A DNA stretch of 32,435 nucleotides from sequence record SRR20825006_2868; one strand, given 5' to 3'. The notes beneath the pieces are model-generated. The model saw only the letters and a list, made by a program, of their open reading frames with translations. It was not told where the DNA came from and searched no databases. This document shows, piece after piece, positions 1 through 9,046 of the stretch. How positions within the stretch are numbered: position 1 is the first letter of the stretch; every line of letters starts with the position of its first letter. A program made the translations under genes and the position numbers.

Positions 1-29
1 GATACTCTATCCAGCTGAGCTACGGGCGC
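1..29 (-). tRNA. tRNA-Arg, 5' portion only (truncated by window edge; probably anticodon ACG)
   Basis: Reverse complement reads GCGCCCGTAGCTCAGCTGGATAGAGTATC, the acceptor-stem 5' strand and D-arm typical of proteobacterial tRNA-Arg. GAGTA after the D-loop favours the ACG isoacceptor. The anticodon lies outside the window. Confidence 0.85.
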
Positions 30-49
30 ATATTGATGAACATCAATCA

Positions 50-64
50 GAGCGGGAGATTATA
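50..64 (-). promoter_or_regulatory. Putative sigma70 -10 element (TATAAT) plus GC-rich discriminator for the tRNA gene
   Basis: Minus strand reads TATAAT (+ strand 59-64) followed by CTCCCGCTC, ~30 nt upstream of the tRNA 5' end. No good -35 at 16-18 bp. Confidence 0.55.
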
Positions 65-101
65 CGTATTTTGACACCGTTCTGCATCAAAAGATGGGCT
101 A

Positions 102-121
102 TGCCGGGGCGACGCCCGGCA
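102..121 (-). terminator. GC-rich hairpin just downstream of glgP, possible terminator
   Basis: TGCCGGG-gcgacg-CCCGGCA, 7 nt after the glgP stop. The U-tract is weak and displaced. Confidence 0.35.
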
Positions 122-128
122 GCTGTTG

Positions 129-2645
129 TTAATACTGGGGATTGATTTTCTCCAGTCGCCAGATCTCGTTGTTGTATTCTTCCATGGTTCTGTCAGTGGA
201 GAATTTACCGCTGTTGGCACTATTGATAATGCTCATTGCCAACCAGCGCTGTTTGTCTTCATAAGCCTCTGATGCCCGTTGTTGTGCGTCCACATAACTG
301 CGGAAGTCAGCCACGGTCATCCACGGATCATGCGGGCTGGTAAAGGCCGAAATGACCTCATCAAAGCCGCCTGGTTCAAACTGGTTGAAGTGACCTGACT
401 CCAGCAAATCCACAACCCGCCGCAAATCGGCATCGTTATCGATAATAAAGCGGGGATTGTAATCATTTCTGGCTTCATCCACCTCAGACTCAGTCAGGCC
501 GAACAGGAAAAAGTTGTCTTCACCCGCTTCATCACGAATTTCAATATTGGCACCATCCAGCGTACCAATCGTGACGGCACCGTTCATCATAAACTTCATA
601 TTGCCAGTACCTGATGCTTCCTTACCGGCAGTGGATATCTGTTCAGATAAATCAGCAGCAGGGCAGATAACTTCCATGGCCGAGACCTGATAATTGGGCA
701 GGAAGACGACTTTCAGCCAGTCACCGACTTCTTCATCGTTGTTGACGATGCTGGCGACATTGTTAATCAGTTTAACGATTTGCTTGGCCATCACATAGCC
801 CGGCGCCGCCTTCCCACCAAACAGCACACAGCGCTTGGTCAGACCTTCGGTATCACCGCGCTTAATACGGTCGTAAAGATGGATCACATGTAGCACATTC
901 AAAAGCTGGCGTTTGTATTCATGAATCCGCTTGACCTGAATATCAAACATCGCATCCGAGTTGAACTCGACGTCGCAACTCTGCTTGACCAGTGCCGCCA
1001 GCCGTTCTTTGTTAGCGCGTTTGGCAGCGTGCCATTTCTGCTGAAATGTGGCGTCATGGGCATAACGCTCCAGTTTTTTGAGCTCGGTCAGTTGGGTGAC
1101 CCATTTATCGCCGATGGTTTCGCTGATGAGCTGATTCAGATCCGGGTTGCACCAGGCCAGCCAGCGGCGTTGGGTTACACCGTTGGTTTTATTGTTGAAT
1201 TTCTGTGGCCACAGTTCATAAAAATCATGGAACAGACCTTTTTTCAGTAATTCCGAGTGCAATGCGGCGACACCATTGATCGAGTAGCTGCCGACAATCG
1301 CCAGATGGGCCATGCGAACTTGTTGCTGCGGTCCTTCTTCTATGATCGACATTCTGGCAAGTCTTGCCTTATCGCCCGGCCAGTGATTGGCGACCTCCCG
1401 CAGGAAGCGGGCATTGATCTCGTAAATGATCTCCAGAATCCGTGGCAACAGACGACCGAACATATTCACTGGCCAGCGTTCCAGGGCCTCCGGCAACAGG
1501 GTGTGGTTGGTGTAGGCCATGGTTTGGGTGGTAATTTCCCACGCGGCGTCCCAGCTCAGCCCGTGTTCATCCATCAGCAGTCGCATCAGTTCTGCTACTG
1601 CCACAGTCGGGTGGGTGTCGTTCAGCTGAAAGCAGTTTTTGTCGGCAAAGTTGTCGAAATTTTCACTGTGCGTGGTCACCCAGTAATCAAGAATATCCTG
1701 CAGGCTGGCGGATGCGAGGAAATACTGCTGGCGCAGACGCAGCTCTTTACCATTTTCACTGGCATCGTTGGGGTAGAGCACCATGCTGATATTTTCCGCT
1801 TCATTCTTGGCGGCAACGGCATCAGTGTAGGAGCCGGCATTGAAGTCTTCCAGATTAAACTCATCGGTGGCGGCCGCTTTCCAGAGGCGCAGCTTATTGA
1901 CGGTACCGTTCTGATAACCCGGCACCGGTAAGTCATAGGGCACGGCCAAAACGTCATTGGTCTCGACCCAGTAGGCACGGAGTTCGCCATCATGGTCACG
2001 ATGAAATTCAGTATGGCCGCCAAATTTGACCCGCTGGGTGAATTCCGGTCGTTCTAGTTCCCACGGGTTACCATCGCGCAGCCAGTGATCGGGTTTTTCC
2101 ACCTGGTAACCATTGACGATTTTCTGCTGGAACATGCCGTACTCGTAGCGCAGCCCATAACCGGTCACCGGCAGCTGCAGCGTTGCGCAACTGTCAATGA
2201 AGCAGGCTGCCAGACGACCCAGGCCGCCGTTACCGAGGCCTGCATCATGCTCCATTTCGATCAGCTCTTCGAAACTCATACCCAGGTCGTTAAGCGCTTT
2301 GGTCGTTTCTTTTTCCAGTCCCAGGTTTAATGCGGCATTACCCATGGCACGGCCCATCAGAAATTCCATAGACAAGTAATAAGCCTGTTTGCACTGTGTT
2401 TCTGCATAGGTGTGCTTAGTGTGTTTCATCCGGTTGAACAGACGATCACGCAGGGTTAACGCCAGTGCTGAGTAGAGATAGTGGCCGGAGGCGCAGCCTT
2501 TATCCTGTGCCAGGTGGGTGCCGTAATAACGTTTGAAATCGTTGACCAGATCAGTGCTGGTCATGCCCAGTTTAGGGGTGTTGTATAGTTCTGGAGCAGG
2601 CGTAGCGGTCAGCGCATAGCGAGGGCTCATAGACAGATCCTTCAT
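129..2645 (-). CDS. glgP: Glycogen/maltodextrin phosphorylase
   Basis: Motifs YLSMEFLMGR, GLGNGGLGRLAACF, QLNDTHP, KRIHEYKRQ and the PLP-lysine signature EASGTGNMKF. The real start may be ATG at 2630, which has an AAGGA SD upstream. Confidence 0.97.
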   Translation of the reverse strand: MKDLSMSPRYALTATPAPELYNTPKLGMTSTDLVNDFKRYYGTHLAQDKGCASGHYLYSALALTLRDRLFNRMKHTKHTYAETQCKQAYYLSMEFLMGRAMGNAALNLGLEKETTKALNDLGMSFEELIEMEHDAGLGNGGLGRLAACFIDSCATLQLPVTGYGLRYEYGMFQQKIVNGYQVEKPDHWLRDGNPWELERPEFTQRVKFGGHTEFHRDHDGELRAYWVETNDVLAVPYDLPVPGYQNGTVNKLRLWKAAATDEFNLEDFNAGSYTDAVAAKNEAENISMVLYPNDASENGKELRLRQQYFLASASLQDILDYWVTTHSENFDNFADKNCFQLNDTHPTVAVAELMRLLMDEHGLSWDAAWEITTQTMAYTNHTLLPEALERWPVNMFGRLLPRILEIIYEINARFLREVANHWPGDKARLARMSIIEEGPQQQVRMAHLAIVGSYSINGVAALHSELLKKGLFHDFYELWPQKFNNKTNGVTQRRWLAWCNPDLNQLISETIGDKWVTQLTELKKLERYAHDATFQQKWHAAKRANKERLAALVKQSCDVEFNSDAMFDIQVKRIHEYKRQLLNVLHVIHLYDRIKRGDTEGLTKRCVLFGGKAAPGYVMAKQIVKLINNVASIVNNDEEVGDWLKVVFLPNYQVSAMEVICPAADLSEQISTAGKEASGTGNMKFMMNGAVTIGTLDGANIEIRDEAGEDNFFLFGLTESEVDEARNDYNPRFIIDNDADLRRVVDLLESGHFNQFEPGGFDEVISAFTSPHDPWMTVADFRSYVDAQQRASEAYEDKQRWLAMSIINSANSGKFSTDRTMEEYNNEIWRLEKINPQY

Positions 2646-2653
2646 TTCAAAAT

Positions 2654-3178
2654 TTATTGTGGGTAGGTGGCAGAAAAGCCATTCCGGTTAGGCATCGTTA
2701 CCTGGGGTAATGTGACTGCATTGAGTTCCACATCGGCTTTGATTATACCATCCTGACTCAGAATATAAGCGCAAAGTGCGTAGATTTCATTACTGTTGAG
2801 CGAGTACGGAGTAGAGGGTGGCATTGAGCGCCGGATATAGTCAAACAGAGTGGTGGCGTAAGGCCAGTAGCTGTTCACTGTTTTCTCAGGGTATTCACTG
2901 GTAAGCGAACCGACTTCTCCGACCAGTGGCATGGCACTGCCACCGATGGCGCCGAAACCATGACAGGCGGCACAATGCTGATCGAACAAGGGCTTGCCCT
3001 GCGATGCTGTTCCAGAACCGGCAGGCAGACCTTGACCATCCGGGGAGATGGTCAGGTTCCATTCCGGCCTGTCGCTTAGCTCGGCAGCCGACTGGCCCAG
3101 TGGTTGATACAGCGGCTGGGCTGCCAGCGCCGGCAGCAAACCTAATAAGACCAGGGTCAGACTAATCCGGGTAAACAT
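2654..3178 (-). CDS. soxD: Monoheme c-type cytochrome, SoxD-like subunit
   Basis: Sec signal from ATG 3178 (MFTRISLTLVLLGLLPALAA), ISPDGQGLPAGSGT, a single CAACH and the SoxD-type YWPYATTLFDYIRRSMP. Overlaps the soxC 3' end by 17 bp. Confidence 0.8.
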   Translation of the reverse strand: MFTRISLTLVLLGLLPALAAQPLYQPLGQSAAELSDRPEWNLTISPDGQGLPAGSGTASQGKPLFDQHCAACHGFGAIGGSAMPLVGEVGSLTSEYPEKTVNSYWPYATTLFDYIRRSMPPSTPYSLNSNEIYALCAYILSQDGIIKADVELNAVTLPQVTMPNRNGFSATYPQ

Positions 3179-4421
3179 GGTAAATGAATCCATCCTCGCT
3201 GATTTCCCAACTGATGATGGCGTTAAAATGAAAAAAGCCATGGTGACCACGTTTTGCGAGCAGTTCATCACGGCTGGGTTGCACATAGCCTGTCTCATCG
3301 GTCGCACGACTTTGCAAAACAGCGTATTGCCCCTGCCATTGCCAGGGGAGACTAAAGCGGGTGAAGGCCTTGCTCATAACCGGTTGCTGCAGTTCGGCAT
3401 CGACCCAGCTGTCACCACCGTCAGCTGATACCTCCACCCGGATGATTTTGCCACGGCCGGACCAGGCGAGACCGGTTAACTGATAGATCCCGGGATTGTC
3501 CGGTAATGACATACCATGGGAAGGTGAGGTAATTAACGATTTGGCGGCCATTTCAAAACTGAACTGGCGGGCAGTGCCGTCGGGCAACAGGTCGGTGTAC
3601 TGGGCGGTCTCATCACGTGACATGACAGGCGCTTTCGTGACTCGAAGCTGGCGCAGCCATTTGACGTTAACGATCCCTTCCCAGCCTGGCACAACGAGAC
3701 GCAGGGGATAACCATTCTCCGGACGCAGCCGTTCTCCATTCTGATACAGCGCCAGAATCGCATCATCCAGCAGTTTTTCCAGCGGGATACTGACATTGAG
3801 TGAGGCGCCGTCAGCCGCCTCGGCGATAACCCATTTAGCATTGTTTTTGATGCCGGCTTCATGCAAAAGATATTTAACCGGGACACCGGTCCATTCAGCA
3901 TTGGAAACCAGACCGTGTGTGTAACCCGCTGCCGTTTCGATGGGCCGGCTACGCCAGCTGCTGTTGCTGTTACCACCGCATTCAATAAAACAAATCCGTG
4001 ATTGTTGTGGATAACGTTTGAGGACGTCGATTGTGAAGCTCAGCGGGGTATCAACCAGGCCGTCAATTAAAAGCATATGGGTGGCGGGATCAATATCGGG
4101 AACCCCATTGTGGTGCCGCTCAAAGTGCAGGCCATTAGGGGTAATCGTGCCCTGTAATTCATGCAGCGGCGACCAGGAAACCCCATTGCCGGGAGTGTCA
4201 GGGTTGGCAGAAATCCAGCGAATGATTTTGTTTTCGTATGGGGAGGGTTGACCGTAATTGGAAAAGCCGGCACCGGCTTGGGTCATAGACTCTGGCAAAA
4301 TGTCACGATAGTGGATATCTGGCTGTGCTGAGAGTGCCGGCAGGCTGAAGCCGGCAAACGCACCGCTCAAAGCCGTGTACTGAAGAAACTGTCGACGACT
4401 TTCAAGCGGGACTTTTTTCAT
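3162..4421 (-). CDS. soxC: Periplasmic molybdopterin sulfite-oxidase-family enzyme, SoxC-type sulfite/sulfane dehydrogenase
   Basis: Tat signal SRRQFL, ITPNGLHFERHH, Mo-ligating Cys in FIECGGN, ENGYPLRLVVPGWEG, and C-terminal dimerisation domain GLAWSG...VEVS. Confidence 0.88.
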   Translation of the reverse strand: MKKVPLESRRQFLQYTALSGAFAGFSLPALSAQPDIHYRDILPESMTQAGAGFSNYGQPSPYENKIIRWISANPDTPGNGVSWSPLHELQGTITPNGLHFERHHNGVPDIDPATHMLLIDGLVDTPLSFTIDVLKRYPQQSRICFIECGGNSNSSWRSRPIETAAGYTHGLVSNAEWTGVPVKYLLHEAGIKNNAKWVIAEAADGASLNVSIPLEKLLDDAILALYQNGERLRPENGYPLRLVVPGWEGIVNVKWLRQLRVTKAPVMSRDETAQYTDLLPDGTARQFSFEMAAKSLITSPSHGMSLPDNPGIYQLTGLAWSGRGKIIRVEVSADGGDSWVDAELQQPVMSKAFTRFSLPWQWQGQYAVLQSRATDETGYVQPSRDELLAKRGHHGFFHFNAIISWEISEDGFIYHVYPD

Positions 4422-4427
4422 GGTGTC

Positions 4428-5045
4428 TTACTCGTGGGCAATCACTGTATTGACTTCGAACCATTGATCCAGTTTGCTGACCGCCTCATCACGGCCACTT
4501 TTATTCAGCGATGAGAACAGCTGAAGCGTTGCGGCCAGTTCTGCCTGTTGCAGTTTTTTCTGCACATCCAGCAAAACAGCCCTGGCCGCGCCGTGTTTAA
4601 GCTTGTCAGACTTGGTCAGCAGAATATGCACTGGTAGTGAAGCCTGGTTAGCCCAGGTCAGCATTTGCAGGTCAAATTCTTTCAGCGGATGACGGATATC
4701 CATCATCAGCATCAGGCCACGCAAGGATTGTCGCGTTTCCAGATATTCTGCCAGCGTCGTCTGCCATTTTAGCTTCATCGCTTCAGGGACTTTGGCATAA
4801 CCATAACCGGGAAGATCGACCAACGCCCGCTGATCGTCCAGATGAAAGAAGTTAATCATCTGAGTGCGTCCAGGTGTTTTACTGGTCCGTGCCAGCGCCC
4901 GGATGCCGGTTATTGTATTGATAGCGCTGGATTTGCCGGCATTGGAGCGGCCGGCGAATGCGACTTCAGAACCATCGTCCTCAGGTAACTGGGACAGTTT
5001 GGTGGCACTCCCGCTATAATAGGCATTTCGGTAAAGCTGTGTCAT
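4428..5045 (-). CDS. engB: Ribosome biogenesis GTP-binding protein YihA/YsxC (EngB)
   Basis: G1 [17 protein letters not shown]3 DLPGYGYA, G4 TKSDK. Start taken at ATG 5045 (MTQLYRN). Confidence 0.96.
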   Translation of the reverse strand: MTQLYRNAYYSGSATKLSQLPEDDGSEVAFAGRSNAGKSSAINTITGIRALARTSKTPGRTQMINFFHLDDQRALVDLPGYGYAKVPEAMKLKWQTTLAEYLETRQSLRGLMLMMDIRHPLKEFDLQMLTWANQASLPVHILLTKSDKLKHGAARAVLLDVQKKLQQAELAATLQLFSSLNKSGRDEAVSKLDQWFEVNTVIAHE

Positions 5046-5133
5046 GGAACCATTCTGGGTGAAAAAAAATCTTAACAAGAGTAGCATACCCAAAGTTTTA
5101 AAGATGCAAGCGCTTAGTTTTCAGGTAGAGAAG

Positions 5134-5745
5134 ATGAAAAGAATGTTGATGGCCGCTGTGCTGGGCATGGCGATGAGTACGACTCCTTTTGTGTGGGCTG
5201 CCGGTAATGTCTCGGCAGGTAAGGAAAAAGCAGCGGTATGTGCCGCCTGTCACAGCACTGATGGCAACAGTCTGTCGGATGCTTTCCCTAAGCTGGCAGG
5301 ACAGCATGAAGGCTATATCATCAAACAGCTGATGGATTATAAAAGCGGTGACCGCCAGAATGCGCTGATGGCACCGATGGCCGCCAATCTTTCAGAGCAG
5401 GATATGGCGGACCTGGCCGCTTATTTCTCCAGCCAGAAAACAGCGCCGGGCGCAGTGTCTGAAGATTTGCTGGCCGCTGGTGAAGCCATTTACCGTGCCG
5501 GTAATAAGGAAACCGGTGTCCCTGCGTGTATGGCCTGTCACGGTCCCAACGGCAGTGGTGTCCCGGCTGCTAACTGGCCGAAACTGGCATCACAGTACAG
5601 TACTTACGTGGAAACTCAGCTGCATGCTTTCGCCAAGGGCGAGCGTGCCAATGATCCTAACGGCATGATGCGTGACATCGCCAGCAAAATGACCGAAGAG
5701 GAAATCAAGGCGGTTTCTGCCTACGTCTTCGGTTTGAAACCCTAA
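5134..5745 (+). CDS. Diheme cytochrome c4 (c553 family)
   Basis: Signal peptide MKRMLMAAV...VWA, two CxxCH motifs (CAACH, CMACH) and PKLAGQ/PKLASQ repeats. Divergent from engB as in many Proteobacteria. Confidence 0.93.
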   Translation: MKRMLMAAVLGMAMSTTPFVWAAGNVSAGKEKAAVCAACHSTDGNSLSDAFPKLAGQHEGYIIKQLMDYKSGDRQNALMAPMAANLSEQDMADLAAYFSSQKTAPGAVSEDLLAAGEAIYRAGNKETGVPACMACHGPNGSGVPAANWPKLASQYSTYVETQLHAFAKGERANDPNGMMRDIASKMTEEEIKAVSAYVFGLKP

Positions 5746-5760
5746 GTAAACAAATTCACT

Positions 5761-5785
5761 GACTGCACGGCTTTTCCGTGCAGTC
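5761..5785 (+). terminator. Perfect 10-bp stem-loop between cytochrome c4 and resB (terminator or RNA stability element)
   Basis: GACTGCACGG-ctttt-CCGTGCAGTC with no downstream U-tract. Confidence 0.5.
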
Positions 5786-5824
5786 GGGCTGAATTCAGGT
5801 CTGACCTGAAACAAGGGCTCCCCC

Positions 5825-7834
5825 ATGTCACAATCACAGGACCCGCAACTGCCGCATCGCTCCTTTGCCTGGCGAGTGTTCCACTTTCTGGGCAGTATGG
5901 AATTTGCTATTACCATGCTGATTACACTGGCGATTGCGTCTGTTATCGGCACCGTGCTGCAGCAAAACCAACCTTATACCGACTATGTTATCAAGTTCGG
6001 CCCTTACTGGTTTGAAGTGTTTGAATCGCTGGGCCTTTATGATGTCTACAGTGCGCTCTGGTTTTTGGCGATTCTGACCCTGCTGGTGATTTCCACCACG
6101 GTGTGCGTGATCCGTCACGGCCCCTCCATGTTCAAGGACATGTTCAATCTGCGCACTCATGTGCAGCATAAATCCCTGCGCAGCATGCATCATCATGCTC
6201 ACTGGCATCAGCCGGGAGAGTTGGATGACAACACCATAGCGATTCGCGACAGGCTTGCATCGCAGGGATTTCGTACCCGAATTACTGAAAAGGGCGAGGA
6301 TCGCCTGGTATCGGGGATGCGCGGTGGCATGAACCGGCTCGGTTATATCCTGACCCACGTGGCCATTATTGTGATTTGTGTCGGTGGTCTGCTGGACAGT
6401 AATCTACCGCTCAAACTGGCGGAATGGCAGGGACGTCTGGAAATCGAGACCCGAAACCTGCCATTGAGCCAGATCCCCAAGGAAAGTCGACTGGCGGTCG
6501 GGCCGCAGGCATTTCGCGGCAGTGTCAGTATCCCGGAAGGCCGTGCAGCCAGTGTGGCTTATCTGCCGATGCGCGATGGCTATCTGGTGCAGAACCTGCC
6601 TTTTACTATTGAGGTCAAGGAATTCCGTATCGAGCATTACCCTACCGGTCAGCCCAAGTCATTTGAATCGGATCTGGTCATTTATGATCCGGATCTTGAG
6701 CAGCCGCTGGAACAGACCATTGCGGTGAACCACCCGCTCATCCACAAAGGCTATGCGATTTATCAGGCGAGTTTCGGTGATGGTGGTTCGGAACTGACGA
6801 TCAATGCCTGGCCGTTGTTTGCCGGGCAGGCCGAACCGACGGAACTTGAAACAAAAGTTTTTGAAACCCGTCAGATGCTCTGGGGTGACAGCGAACTGCA
6901 ACTGGAAGTCACCGGCTTCAGGCCCTTTAATATCAATCCTGACCCGACCGAGGATGACCCCAAAAATGTACGCAACTTCGGTCCCAGTATCCAGTTCAAG
7001 CTGCGCCGAGATACCGGTGAAGCACTGGAGTTTGAAAATTACATGTATCCGGTTGAGCGTGACGGCCGTGACTTTTTCCTGAGCGGGGTGCGTGGCAGTC
7101 CGTCCGAGGAGTTTGCTTACCTCTATCTGCCGGCTGATGAAGACGGCAGTATTGCGGGCTTTATTCATTTCCTGCATGCCCTGCATGACGCTGACAAGGT
7201 GTCAGCAGTGGCAGCGGAAATGAAAGATGAAACACTGGTCAGTCTGCAGAGTCAGGAGGACATCGTGCTCGGAGACAGCCTGCAGCGGACGCTGGAAACC
7301 CTGATGGCGATGTTTGTCCGTGGCGGTTTTGATGAAGTGCGCGATTTTATCGAGCAAAGCCTGCCGGAAGCTGAGCGTGATACGCTGGCACCGGCCTATC
7401 TGGCTATGCTCAGGGAAATGTTGGGACGGATTTATCTGAACTCACTCGATTTGGGACCGGAGGAAACCGTAGCAGAATCGCAGTTGCTGTTTTTACAGGA
7501 TGCGATTGATGCGGTGGGCACTTTGCCGCGTTATGGCTCACCGGTTTACCTGTCCTTGACCGACTATAATCATATTGAATCGACTGGTTTGCAGATTGCC
7601 CGGTCGCCCGGCAAAAATATTGTTTATCTGGGTTGCGCTTTCCTGATAGCTGGCGTATTTCTGCTGTTTTATCTGCCGCAACGCCGCTTCTGGGCCTGGC
7701 TCAGTCGGGATGGCGAGCAGACCCGGATTGATCTGGCCGGCATGACCAATCGCAACCCGCGTGAGTTTGATAGCTATTTCGAACAAATTCACACGCACTT
7801 GCAGTCGACAAAGCGGAACTCTGCTGCCGACTGA
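5825..7834 (+). CDS. resB: Cytochrome c biogenesis protein ResB/CcsB (system II)
   Basis: N-terminal FLGSMEFAITML...ASVIGTVLQQ, LGLYDVYSALWF, GYILTHVAII (conserved His), large periplasmic domain with VNHPL...IYQASF, C-terminal GLQIARSPG followed by a TM helix. Confidence 0.93.
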   Translation: MSQSQDPQLPHRSFAWRVFHFLGSMEFAITMLITLAIASVIGTVLQQNQPYTDYVIKFGPYWFEVFESLGLYDVYSALWFLAILTLLVISTTVCVIRHGPSMFKDMFNLRTHVQHKSLRSMHHHAHWHQPGELDDNTIAIRDRLASQGFRTRITEKGEDRLVSGMRGGMNRLGYILTHVAIIVICVGGLLDSNLPLKLAEWQGRLEIETRNLPLSQIPKESRLAVGPQAFRGSVSIPEGRAASVAYLPMRDGYLVQNLPFTIEVKEFRIEHYPTGQPKSFESDLVIYDPDLEQPLEQTIAVNHPLIHKGYAIYQASFGDGGSELTINAWPLFAGQAEPTELETKVFETRQMLWGDSELQLEVTGFRPFNINPDPTEDDPKNVRNFGPSIQFKLRRDTGEALEFENYMYPVERDGRDFFLSGVRGSPSEEFAYLYLPADEDGSIAGFIHFLHALHDADKVSAVAAEMKDETLVSLQSQEDIVLGDSLQRTLETLMAMFVRGGFDEVRDFIEQSLPEAERDTLAPAYLAMLREMLGRIYLNSLDLGPEETVAESQLLFLQDAIDAVGTLPRYGSPVYLSLTDYNHIESTGLQIARSPGKNIVYLGCAFLIAGVFLLFYLPQRRFWAWLSRDGEQTRIDLAGMTNRNPREFDSYFEQIHTHLQSTKRNSAAD

Positions 7835-7876
7835 TGTTCTTAGATTCTACGTGCGACAGCGCATTATGAGACGGAT

Positions 7877-9031
7877 ATGAGCACACAACTTTCTACCCTT
7901 GATTCAAAAAAAACCAGCCCGGCTGCCTGGGGCTGGCGGCTGTTGATGGCGTTGTCAGCAATCGGTCTGCTGAGCTTTTACAGCGACATTCTTGATGTTT
8001 ACGAAGTCTCAATCATTATTCTTACTGCGGTCGGTATGGCCTGGCTGGGCCAGAACTGGCCCGGCTATCGCTGGCACACCGTGGTCGTGGCCGTATTCAG
8101 TCTGATCGCTGTAACGATATACGGTACTGATCTGGGCCGTGCTGATAGCAGCTTCTGGCTGAATTATCTGCTTGCCAGTCAGTCGGCCTTTATGTGGATG
8201 AGTGCGTTATTCGTGATGGCCACCGTGACCTACTTCGGCGGCCTGGTTTTTCATTCCGAATTTACTGAGAAGGTTGCCAGCTTCCTGACTTGGGCGGCTA
8301 CCACCATGGGCATGATTGGGCTGATGGTGCGTTGGCGCGAGTCCTATCTGTTGGGCGCTGATATCGGTCACATCCCGGTCAGTAATCTTTATGAGGTCTT
8401 TATTTTATTTGCGGTGGTGACGGCTTTGCTTTACCTGTTCTACGAGCGGCGTTACCAGACCCGGAGCCTGGGTGGTTTTGTGCTGCTGGTCATCAGTGCC
8501 GCGGTCGCCTTCCAGCTCTGGTACACCTTTGAACGTCAGGCGCATGAAATTGAACCACTGGTACCGGCGCTGCAAAGCTACTGGATGAAAATCCATGTGC
8601 CGGCCAATTTTATCGGTTATGGCGCTTTTGCGATGGCGGCTATGATTGGCGTGGCTTATTTGTTGGTGGATAGACAGGCCGGTAAAACCGCGGTCAGCCG
8701 CTGGGTCCAGAAAATGCCGTCGCTGGCTTTGATGGATGACCTGATGTACAAAACCATCGCGCTGGGTTTTGCTTTCTTCACGCTGGCCACCATTCTGGGC
8801 GCCCTCTGGGCAGCAGAGGCCTGGGGTGGTTACTGGTCGTGGGACCCGAAAGAAACCTGGGCGCTGATTGTCTGGCTGAATTATGCTGCCTGGCTGCATA
8901 TGCGAATGACCAAGGGCTGGCATGGCGGGCCCATGGCCTGGTGGGCGATTGTGGGTCTGTTTGTGACCCTGTTTGCCTTCCTCGGCGTCAATATGTTTTT
9001 ATCCGGATTGCATTCTTACGGCACGCTTTAA
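7877..9031 (+). CDS. ccsA: Cytochrome c synthase CcsA/ResC (system II, WWD-domain heme-handling protein)
   Basis: HIPVSNLYE, PALQSYWMKIHV, WWD domain WAAEAWGGYWSWDPKETW, C-terminal GLHSYG. Confidence 0.95.
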   Translation: MSTQLSTLDSKKTSPAAWGWRLLMALSAIGLLSFYSDILDVYEVSIIILTAVGMAWLGQNWPGYRWHTVVVAVFSLIAVTIYGTDLGRADSSFWLNYLLASQSAFMWMSALFVMATVTYFGGLVFHSEFTEKVASFLTWAATTMGMIGLMVRWRESYLLGADIGHIPVSNLYEVFILFAVVTALLYLFYERRYQTRSLGGFVLLVISAAVAFQLWYTFERQAHEIEPLVPALQSYWMKIHVPANFIGYGAFAMAAMIGVAYLLVDRQAGKTAVSRWVQKMPSLALMDDLMYKTIALGFAFFTLATILGALWAAEAWGGYWSWDPKETWALIVWLNYAAWLHMRMTKGWHGGPMAWWAIVGLFVTLFAFLGVNMFLSGLHSYGTL

Positions 9032-9046
9032 TAAAAGGATATATCA

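Noticed and set aside
1-130. tRNA as an integration site for a genomic island
   Set aside because: Only the tRNA 5' side is in the window and the flanking genes are housekeeping; no integrase or att duplication seen.
921-2379. Several 60-224 aa ORFs antisense to or frameshifted within glgP
   Set aside because: Shadow ORFs of a conserved gene, with no motifs or SD. The same applies to antisense ORFs over soxC, resB, ccsA, mltF, waaA, rplM/rpsI, dld, serA and the HD-GYP gene.
3179-3307. N-terminal extensions in the ORF track for soxD (also engB, c4, waaA, lpxL, serA, HopJ-like, slp, porin)
   Set aside because: They overlap neighbouring genes or promoters; downstream starts fit signal peptides, SD sites and family N-termini better.
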